A stretch of 64,000 nucleotides of DNA from an uncultured Gemmatimonadales bacterium (lineage in GTDB: Bacteria; Gemmatimonadota; Gemmatimonadetes; Longimicrobiales; Longimicrobiaceae). A program made the translations under genes and the position numbers. The notes beneath the pieces are model-generated. The model was given only the letters and a program-made list of their open reading frames with translations, was not told the origin of the DNA and did no database searches. Below, piece by piece: positions 53,463-62,700 of the stretch. The stretch's first letter is position 1. The number at the start of each line of letters is the position of its first letter. The DNA lies in NCBI GenBank assembly GCA_963716255.1, contig OY970303.1:5760001-5824000 (forward strand), given 5' to 3'.

Positions 53463-56400
53463 CCGCGGCGTCCACCACCGGCGCCGGCGCCCGGCAGCCC
53501 GGGTTCCGCTCCGCGCCCTTCTTCGTCCTGCGCGCCCCGCTCCTCCCCTTCGGCGAGCTGGAGGCGTGGGCCGAGGGGCTGGCCGCGCCCGGCGCCGTGG
53601 GCGACCCCGCGCGGCTGGAGGAGGCGCTGGCGCACGACCGCGCGCTGCTGCGCGCTCGGCTGCGGAGCATCGTGGAGCGCCCCGAGGTCCGCGAGGCGGT
53701 GTTCGTGGCCTCGCCCGACCTGGAAGAGAGCCTGGACGCGTGGCTCCATGACCCCTCGGGCGAGCGCGGCGACAAGGTGGAGCTGGCGCTGGTGCGCTAC
53801 CTGGAGCGGATGGCCGGGCGGGCGACGCCGTTCGGGCTGTTCGCGGGGTGCGCGGTGGGGGAGCTCGGCGAGCGCACCGTGCTGGCGACGGCTCCGCTGG
53901 CGGAGCGCGGCCGGCACACGCGCCTGGACATGGACTACCTGTGCGGCCTGGCGGACGCGCTCGCGGCGGATCCCGAGCTGCGCCCCTCGCTGCGGCACTT
54001 CCCCAACACCAGCATCTACCGCGCGGCGGGTCGCCTCCGCTACGTGGAGTCGCGGCTGGACAAGGGCGCCCGCTCGCACCACCTGGTGGCGGTGGACGGG
54101 AGCGAGTACCTGGACGCCGCGCTGGAGCGCGCGCGCGCCGGCGCCCGCCCCGCGGAGGTGGTGGACGCCATCCTGGAGCTGGACCCGGAGATCGAGCGCG
54201 AGGACGCCGCCGCCTTCGTGGAGGAGCTGATCGGCAGCCAGCTCCTGGTGTCCGAGCTGGAGCCGCCGGTGACCGGGGGCGAGGCGCTGGACGCGACGCT
54301 GGAGCGGCTGCGCGCGCACCCCGCCGCCGCGGAGGCCGTGGCGCGCCTGGAGGACGTGCGGGGCCGGCTGCGCGACCTGGACGCCGCGCCCCCCGCGGCG
54401 GACTCGCCGCGGCGCTACCGCGAGGTGGCGGAGGCGCTGGGCACCCTCCCCGCGAAGGTGGAGCTGCCGCGCCTCCTCCAGGTGGACATGACCCGCCCGG
54501 GCGCCGGCGCGACGCTGGGTGGCGAGGTGCTGGCCGAGGTCACGCGCGGCGTCGAGCTGCTGCACCGCGTCACCCCGCCCGGCTGGGACGACCGCCTGGC
54601 GGCCTTCCGGACCGCCTTCCAGGCGCGCTTCGAGGGGCGCGAGGTGCCGCTGGTGGAGGCGCTGGACGAGGAGATCGGCATCGGTTTCGAGGCGTCGAGC
54701 GCGCCGGGCGCCGAGGGGTCGCCGCTGCTCCACGGCCTGGACTTCACCGGCGCCGAGCCGCGAAAGGTGCCGTGGAACCGTCGCGAGTCGCACCTCCTGC
54801 GCATGCTGGAGGACGCGCGCGCCCGCGGCGCTCGCGAGGTGGAGCTGGGCCCCGCCGACGTAGAAGCGCTCTCGTCCACGGACCCGGCGCCGCTCCCGGA
54901 CGCTTTTTCGCTGCGGGCGGTCGTGGGCGCGGCGTCGCAGGAGGCGCTCGACGCCGGCCACTTCCGGGTGGAGATGGACGGGGCAGGGGGGCCCTCCGGG
55001 GCCCGCATCCTGGGCCGCTTCTGCCACGCGGACCCGGCGCTGCACGCGCGGGTGGAGGCCCACCTGCGCGCCGAGGAGGCGCTGCGGCCGGACGCGGTCT
55101 TCGCCGAGGTGGTGCACCTCCCCGAAGGGCGCATCGGCAACATCCTCTTCCGCCCGGTGCTGCGCGGCTGGGAGATCCCGTACCTGGGGCGCTCCGGCGC
55201 CCCCGCCGAGCGCCAGATCCCGGTGACCGACCTGCGGGTGTCGGTCGCCGGAGACCGCATCGTGCTGCGCTCCGCGAGCCTGGGGAAGCAGGTGGTGCCG
55301 CGGCTGACCAGCGCCCACAACTTCTCGCGGCGCAGCGTGGGGATGTACCGCTTCCTGTGCTCGCTGCAGACGCAGGGGGTGGCGGGCGGCGTCGCCTGGA
55401 GCTGGGGCGTGCTGGAGCGCGCCCGCTTCCTCCCCCGCGTGGTCAGCGGCCGCCTGGTGCTGTCGCGCGCGCGCTGGCGCCTGGAGGAGGGCGACATCAG
55501 GGGGCTGCGCGACGCCAGGGGCGCCGCGCGCTATGCCCGCGCGCAGGCGCTGCGGGGCGAGTTGGGGCTGCCACGCTGGATCACGCTGGCGGACGGCGAC
55601 AACGAGCTCCCGGTGGACCTGGACAACGTGCTCAGCGTGGAAGCGTTCGTCCACGCGGTGCGGGGCCGGAGCGACGCCGTGCTGATGGAGATGTTCCCGG
55701 CGCCGGAGGAGCTGGCCGCGCGGGGGCCGGAGGGGCGCTTCGTCAGCGAGCTGGTGGTGGCGTGCGAGCGCGCGGCGGAGCCGGCGCCCGCCCGCTCCTC
55801 CGCCCCGGCCGTGCTCCGCCCGGTGGCGCGGAGCTTCGCGCCGGGCTCCGAGTGGCTGTACGCCAAGCTGTACACGGGCACCGCCACCGCGGACGTGCTG
55901 CTGCGCGAGGTGGTGCGCCCGCTGGCCGCGGAGGCGCTCGCCTCCGGCGCGGCGCGCGGCTGGTTCTTCATCCGCTACGGCGACCCGGAGTGGCACCTGC
56001 GCGTGCGCTTTCACGGCGACCCGGCGCGCCTGCTCTCGGAAACGGTGCCGCGGCTCCACGAGCTCGCCTCGCCGCTCCTGGCCGACGGCTCGCTCTGGAG
56101 GGTGCAGCTGGACACCTACGAGCGCGAGACCGAGCGCTACGGCGGCCCGGAGGGGATCGAGCCGGCCGAGCGGCTCTTCCACGCGGACAGCGAGGCGGTG
56201 CTGGCGGTGCTGGACACCCTCTCGGGCGACGAGGGCGCGGACCTTCGCTGGCGGGTGGCGCTCTGCGGCGTGGACACGCTGCTCGCCGACCTGGGGCTGG
56301 ACGCCGCGGAGAAGCGCGACCTGATGCGGGCCATGGAAGCCTCGATGGCGCGCGAGTTCGACAAGGCGGCCACCCTCAAGCGCGAGCTGTCCGACCGCTT

Positions 56401-56707
56401 CCGCCGCGACCGCGCCTCGCTGGAGTCGCTGCTCGCCGCGGCGCGCGAGGGGGGCGACGGCGATCTCCCCCCCGAGCTGGCCGCGCTGCGCCGGCGCTCG
56501 GAAGCGCTCCGCCCGGTGGCCGCGGAGCTGGCGGAGCGCGAGCGCGCCGGGCGGTTGACCGCCCCGGTGCGGGCGCTGGCCTCCAGCTTCACGCACATGC
56601 ACCTCAACCGCATCCTGCGCTCCTCCGCGCGGGCGCAGGAGATGGTGATCTACCACCTGCTGGGACGATTGTACGAATCGGAGGCGGCACGGCGGCGGAG
56701 CGGCTGA
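53459..56707 (+). CDS. lanB: Full-length lantibiotic dehydratase LanB (glutamylation and elimination domains), ~1082 aa
   Basis: FFVLRAPLLP, RYLERMAGRATPFGLFAG, GRIGNILFRP, PRLTSAHN, FLPRV; elimination domain EWLYAKLY, WFFIRYGDPEWHLRVRF, YERETERYGG, HMHLNR. ATGA overlap with the lanC stop. Confidence 0.95.
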   Translation: MTAASTTGAGARQPGFRSAPFFVLRAPLLPFGELEAWAEGLAAPGAVGDPARLEEALAHDRALLRARLRSIVERPEVREAVFVASPDLEESLDAWLHDPSGERGDKVELALVRYLERMAGRATPFGLFAGCAVGELGERTVLATAPLAERGRHTRLDMDYLCGLADALAADPELRPSLRHFPNTSIYRAAGRLRYVESRLDKGARSHHLVAVDGSEYLDAALERARAGARPAEVVDAILELDPEIEREDAAAFVEELIGSQLLVSELEPPVTGGEALDATLERLRAHPAAAEAVARLEDVRGRLRDLDAAPPAADSPRRYREVAEALGTLPAKVELPRLLQVDMTRPGAGATLGGEVLAEVTRGVELLHRVTPPGWDDRLAAFRTAFQARFEGREVPLVEALDEEIGIGFEASSAPGAEGSPLLHGLDFTGAEPRKVPWNRRESHLLRMLEDARARGAREVELGPADVEALSSTDPAPLPDAFSLRAVVGAASQEALDAGHFRVEMDGAGGPSGARILGRFCHADPALHARVEAHLRAEEALRPDAVFAEVVHLPEGRIGNILFRPVLRGWEIPYLGRSGAPAERQIPVTDLRVSVAGDRIVLRSASLGKQVVPRLTSAHNFSRRSVGMYRFLCSLQTQGVAGGVAWSWGVLERARFLPRVVSGRLVLSRARWRLEEGDIRGLRDARGAARYARAQALRGELGLPRWITLADGDNELPVDLDNVLSVEAFVHAVRGRSDAVLMEMFPAPEELAARGPEGRFVSELVVACERAAEPAPARSSAPAVLRPVARSFAPGSEWLYAKLYTGTATADVLLREVVRPLAAEALASGAARGWFFIRYGDPEWHLRVRFHGDPARLLSETVPRLHELASPLLADGSLWRVQLDTYERETERYGGPEGIEPAERLFHADSEAVLAVLDTLSGDEGADLRWRVALCGVDTLLADLGLDAAEKRDLMRAMEASMAREFDKAATLKRELSDRFRRDRASLESLLAAAREGGDGDLPPELAALRRRSEALRPVAAELAERERAGRLTAPVRALASSFTHMHLNRILRSSARAQEMVIYHLLGRLYESEAARRRSG

Positions 56708-56795
56708 CGGAGCGCGGAGTACAAGGGGCGGAGCGGCGGAACGGGCCGGGACGGGGGCATCCCCGTGCCGGCTCCCTTTTCGGAGAGACGGGAGC

Positions 56796-59700
56796 ATGGG
56801 CGCGAACGAAGGGCCGGGGCGGGCGGTAGCGGTGTCGGCGGCGAAGCGGGCGCTGCTGGAGAAGCGGATGCGGGGCGGCTTCGCCGCCGCGGCGGAGCGG
56901 CGGTCCATCCCGCGGCGCCCGCAGGACGGGCCCGCGCCGCTCTCCTTCGCGCAGCGGCGCCTGTGGTTCCTGGAGCAGATGGAGCCGGGGACGCCGCTGC
57001 ACAACCTCCCCGGCGCCTTCCGCCTGCGCCGGGCGCTGGACCCCGCCGTGCTGCGCCGCGCCGCCACCGAGGTGGTGCGTCGGCACGACGCGCTGCGCGC
57101 CGTCTTCACCGCCGAGGGCGGCGAGCCGGTGCAGACGGTCGCCCCCGCGCGCGCCGTCCCCGTCCCGGTCGTCGACCTGTCGCGGCTGGACGAGGAGGCG
57201 CGCGGGGCGGAGGCCGTGCGCCGCATCCGCTTCGAGGGGGCGCTCCCCTTCGACCTGGGCTCCGGGCTGCTGGCGCGCGTCTCGGTCCTGCGCCTGGGCG
57301 CGGAGGACCACGTGGTGCTCGTCACCCACCACCACGTCGCCAGCGACGGCTGGTCGATGTCGCTGTTCGTGGGCGAGATGCTGGAGGCGTACCGCGCCCT
57401 CCTGGCCGGCGCCGTCCCCGCGCTCCCCGAACTCCCCGTCCGCTTCGCCGACTTCGCGGCCTGGCAGCGCGACGAGCTGGGCGGCGACCTCCCCGCCGGC
57501 GACCTGGCGTGGTGGCGCGACCACCTGGCCGGCGCCCCCTCGCTGCTGGAAATCCCGACCGACCGACCGCGCTCCGCCGCCCAGGGCACGGCCGGCGCCC
57601 TCCACGCCTTCGACCTCCCGGCGGAGCTGCTGGAGGCGGTGCAGGCGCTCGCCCGCGCGGAGGGCGCCACGCCGTTCATGGTGCTGCTCGCCGCCTTCGC
57701 GACCCTCCTTTCGCGCTGGTCCGGGCAGGAGGACGTGGTCGTCGGCTCGCCGATCGCGGGGCGGACGCGCGCGGAAACGGAGCGCCTGGTGGGCTTCTTC
57801 GCCAACACCCTGCCGCTGCGCACCGACCTGTCCGGCGACCCCACGTTCCGCGATCTCCTGCGTCGCGTGCGCGAGGCGACGCTGGGGGCCTACGCGCGCC
57901 AGGAGGTGCCGTTCGAGCGCATCGTGGAAACGCTTCGCGTGGAACGCAGCCTCGCCCACGCGCCGGTGTTCCAGGTGATGTTCACGCTCCAGAACAACCC
58001 CGGGATCGTGGAGGTGGCGGGATTCCGCCTGGAGCCGGCGGACGCGGGGAGCGGCACCGCCAAGTTCGACCTGACGCTGGGGCTGGAGGAGCGCGCGGGG
58101 CGGCTGGTGGGGATCGTGGAGTACGCGACCGCCCTGTTCGACGCGGAGACCGTCGCGCGGATGGTGGAGCAATTCCGCACGCTGCTGGAAGGGATCGTCG
58201 CGGACCCGTCGTGTCGGGTCGCGGAGCTGCCCCTGCTGGGTCCCGGCGAGCGGAGCGTGCTCCTGTGCGACTGGAGCGGTACGGACGCGGCCGCGGCGGA
58301 CGACGCCTGCCTGCACGAGCGTTTCGAGGCGCAGGCGCGCCGCACGCCGGACGCGGTTGCACTGGTCGCGGGCCGGGAGCGGGTCACGTACGCCGCGCTG
58401 GACGCGCGCGCATCGGCGGTCGCGGCGGAGCTGCGGGCGCGCGGCGTGGGCCCGGAGACGCGCGTGGGCGTGTGCACCGGGCGCGGGGCGGAGATGGTGG
58501 CGGCGACCCTCGGCGTCCTCAAGGCCGGCGGCGCCTACGTCCCTCTCGACCCCCGGTATCCCCGCGAGCGCCTGGCGTTCGTACTGGAGGACGCGGCGGT
58601 GTCCGTCGTGGTGGCGAGCGAGGCGGCCGTGGGGGCGCTGCCCGAGTTCGGGGGGGAGATCGTGGCGTGCGACGGGACCCCCCTCCCCCCGGCCCCCTCC
58701 CCCGCAAGGGGAGAGGGGGAGCACGACAATGCTGCCCGACAGGAAGCCTGCCCCCAGAATTGGGGGAGGGTGGCGAGCCTAAGCGAGCCGGGCGGGAGCG
58801 ACCCCGCGGACGCCAGCACGGTCTCCGTCCATCCCGCGAACCTCGCGTACCTGATCTACACGTCGGGGTCGACGGGCCGGCCCAAGGGGGTGCAGATCGA
58901 GCACCGGAGCGCCGTGGCGCTGCTGCGCTGGGCGGACGAGGTGTTCGCGGACGACGTGCTCGGCGGGGTGCTGGCGTCCACCTCGCTGAGCTTCGACCTG
59001 TCGGTGTTCGAGCTGTTCCTGCCGCTGGGGCGCGGGGGCACGGTGGTGCTTGCGGAGGACGCGCTGGCGCTGGCGACGCTGCCGGCGCGCGAGGAGGTGA
59101 CTCTGCTGAACACGGTGCCCTCGGCGGCGGCGGCGCTGGTGCGCGCGGGGGCGGTGCCGGCGTCGGTGCGCGTGGTGTGCCTTGCGGGGGAGGCGCTGAA
59201 GCGGGGGCTCGTGGACGAGCTGTACGGGCTGCCGCAGGTGGAGGCGGTGTACAACCTGTACGGCCCGAGCGAGGACACCACCTACTCCACCTGGGCGCGC
59301 GTGCCGCGGACGGAGGGGCGGGACCCCGCCATCGGGCGGGCAGTCGCGGGGACGCGTGCATACGTGCTGGACGGGCGCATGGAGCCGGCGCCCGCGGGCG
59401 TCCCGGGCGAGCTGTACCTGGGCGGGGCGGGGGTGGCGCGGGGCTACCTGGGGCGGCCGGACGCCACTGCGGGGGCCTTCGTCCCGGACCCGTTCGGGCG
59501 GGCGGCGGGCGGGCGGCTGTACCGGACGGGAGACCGCGCGCGCTGGCTGGCGTCCGGCGAGCTGGAGTTCCTGGGGCGGCTGGACCACCAGGTCAAGGTC
59601 CGCGGCTTCCGCGTGGAGCCCGGCGAGGTCGAGGGTGCGCTGCTCGCACACCCCGCGGTGCGCGAGTGCGTGGTGGTCGCGCGCGAGGAGGCCCCGGGCG

Positions 59701-62700
59701 GCGCCCGGCTGGTCGCGTACGTCGTCGCGGGCGAGGGCGCGCCCGAGCCCGACGCCGCGGAGCTGCGCCGCCACCTGCGTGCCACCCTCCCGGAGCACAT
59801 GGTGCCCGCGCTCTTCGTCGCCCTGGCGGCGCTTCCGCGGACCCCCAACGGCAAGCTGGACCGCGGGGCGCTCCCCGCGCCGGAGGCCGGGTCGACGTCG
59901 GCGGAGCACGTGCCGCCGCGGGGCGCGACGGAGGCGGCGGTCGCCGCGGCGTGGAGCGAGCTGCTGCGCGCGGACGCGGTCGGCGCGCGCGACAACTTCT
60001 TCGAGCTGGGCGGCCACTCGCTGCTGGCGACGCAGGTGGTCGCGCGCCTGCGCGACCGGCTGGGCGTGGAGCTGCCGCTGCGCGCGGTGTTCGAGGCGCC
60101 CACCGTCGCGGAGCTGGCGGCGCGGGTGGACTCGCTGCGGGGCGGGGCGGGGGAGGACGCCGGCGCGCGGATCCCCGCCCTCGCCGGCCCGCGGCGGTTC
60201 CCGCTGTCGTTCTCGCAGGAGCGGCTCTGGTTCCTGCACCGCATGGACCCGGCGAGCCCCGTCTACAACATCCCCGTCGTGCTGCGCCTGTCGGGCCGGC
60301 TGGACGCGGGCGCGCTGGAGCGCGCGCTGTCCGCCCTGGTCCGGCGCCACGAGACCCTGCGCACCGTGTTCGCCGAGGCGGACGGCGTCGCCGTGCAGGT
60401 CGTCCAGGGCGCCGCGGACGTGCCGCTCCCCTTGGCCGACCTGTCCGCGCTCGGCCGCGAGCGCGCGGAGGCCGGGGCCGCCCGGCTCGCCGCCGCGGAG
60501 GCCGCGCGCCCGTTCGACCTCGCGGCGGGTCCGGTCTTCCGCGCCGCGCTCCTGCGCCTCGCCGCCGACGAGCACCTCCTCCTCCTCACGCTTCACCACG
60601 TCGCGGGCGACGCCTGGTCCGTCGGCATCCTCCTGGGCGAGCTGGCGGCGGCGTACCGCGGCGCGCCCGTCGCGGTGCTGCCGGTGCAGTACGGCGACTT
60701 CGCCGCGTGGCAGCGCGGCCGCCTGTCGGGCGAGGTGCTGGACGCGCAGCTCGCCTGGTGGCGCGGCCACCTGGCCGGCGCCCCCGCCGCCCTCGACCTC
60801 CCCACGGACCGCCCGCGCCCCCGCGAGCAGAGCCACCGGGGCGCGTCGCACGCCTTCGCCGTCCCCGCGGAAGTGGCCGCGGCGGTGCACGCGCTCGCCC
60901 GGCGCGAGGGCGCGACGCCGTTCATGGTGCTGCTCGCCGCCTGGCAGACGCTGCTGGCGCGCTGGTCCGGGCAGGACGACGTGGTCGTCGGCACGCCCAT
61001 CGCCGGGCGGACGCGCGCGGAAACGGAGGGGCTGGTCGGCTTCTTCGTCAACACGCTGGCGCTGCGGACGGAGCTGTCCGGCCGGCCGTCGTTCCGCGAG
61101 GTGGTGGCCCGCGCGCGCGAGGCGGCGCTGGGCGCGTACGCGCACCAGGAGCTCCCCTTCGAGCGGCTGGTGGAGGCCCTGGGCGCGGAGCGCGACGCCG
61201 GCCGCAACCCCGTCTTCCAGGCGATGCTCGCGCTGCAGAACACGCCGGGCGGGACGGAGATGGAGATGGGGGGCGTGCGCGCGCGGGTGGAGGAGCCGGG
61301 ATCGGCGACGTCCAAGTTCGACCTGACGCTGGCGATGGTGGAGCGCGACGGCCGGCTGGACGCGGTGCTGGAATATGCCGTCGACCTGTTCGACCGCGCG
61401 ACCGTGGAGCGCATGGCGGCGCAGCTCGTGGTCCTGCTGCGCTCCGCCGCCGCCGACCCCGGCCGCCCCGCCGCCGGGCTGGCGATCCTCCCCCCGGAGG
61501 AGCGCCGCCGGGTGGTGGAGGCGTGGAACGACACCGCGGCTGCGTTCCCGCCCGCGCCGGTGCACGCGCTCGTCGCGGAGCAGGCGGCGCGCACGCCGGA
61601 CGCGGTCGCCGTCGTGGCCGCCGGGGCCTCGCTGACGTACGCCGGGCTGTCCGCGCGCGCCGACGCCCTCGCGGCGGAGCTGCGCGCGCTCGGTGCCGGC
61701 CCCGAGGCGCGCGTGGGCATCTGCATGGAGCGCTCGGCGGAGATGGTCGTCGCGCTGCTCGCCGTGCTCCGCGCGGGCGCGGCGTACGTCCCGCTCGACC
61801 CCGAGTACCCCGCCGAGCGCCTGGCCTACATGCTCGCGGACTCCGGCGCCGGGGTGCTGCTGACGCAGGAGCGGCTGCGGGGGACGCTCCCGGAGTTCGG
61901 GGGCGTGATGGTCGTGTGCGACGGGACCCCCTTCCCCCCGGCCCCCTCCCCCGCAAGGGGGGAGGGGGAGAACGACACAGCGGAACTTCAGGGTCAGGAA
62001 GCCCTCCCCCAGAATTGGGGGGTGGCGAGCCTGAGCGAGCCGGGTGGGGGCGCCGCAGCGGACGCCAGCGTGGTTTCCGTCGACCCCGACAACGCCGCCT
62101 ACGTCATCTACACTTCCGGCTCCACCGGCCGCCCCAAGGGCGTGGTGGTGCCGCACGGCGCGCTCGCCAACCACGTGCGGTGGATGCAGCGCGACCTCCC
62201 GCTCTCGGCCGGCGACCGCGTGCTGCAGAAGACGCCGTTCAGCTTCGACGCTTCGGTGTGGGAGTTCTGGGCACCGCTGGTCGCCGGGGGGACGCTGGTG
62301 ATGGCGGAGCCGGGGGCGCACCGCGAGCCTGCCCGCCTCGTCCGCGCGCTGGCCGGCGAGCGCATCACCGTCGCCCAGTTCGTCCCGTCGCTGCTGTCCG
62401 CGGTGCTGGAGGAGGACGCGCGTGCCTGGACGACGGCCCGCCGCGTGTTCTGCGGCGGCGAGGCGCTGCCGGCGGAGCTCGCGGCGCGCGCCCGGGCGAC
62501 GCTGGGCGCCGAGGTCGTCAACCTGTACGGCCCCACGGAGGCGTGCATCGACGCCACCTTCGCGGTCGCGTCCGGGACGTCAAGCGGTCCCGGGGCGACG
62601 GTGCCGATCGGGCGGGCGGTGGCGAACGCGCGGGCGTTCGTGCTGGGCCCGGAGGGCGAGCCCGCGCCCGTGGGCGTGCCGGGCGAGCTGTACCTGGGCG

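Noticed and set aside
53459..56707. LanB as a PEARL (small LanB) or thiopeptide dehydratase
   Set aside because: It has a fused elimination domain and an adjacent LanC with intact Zn ligands; no YcaO or pyridine synthase gene is seen.
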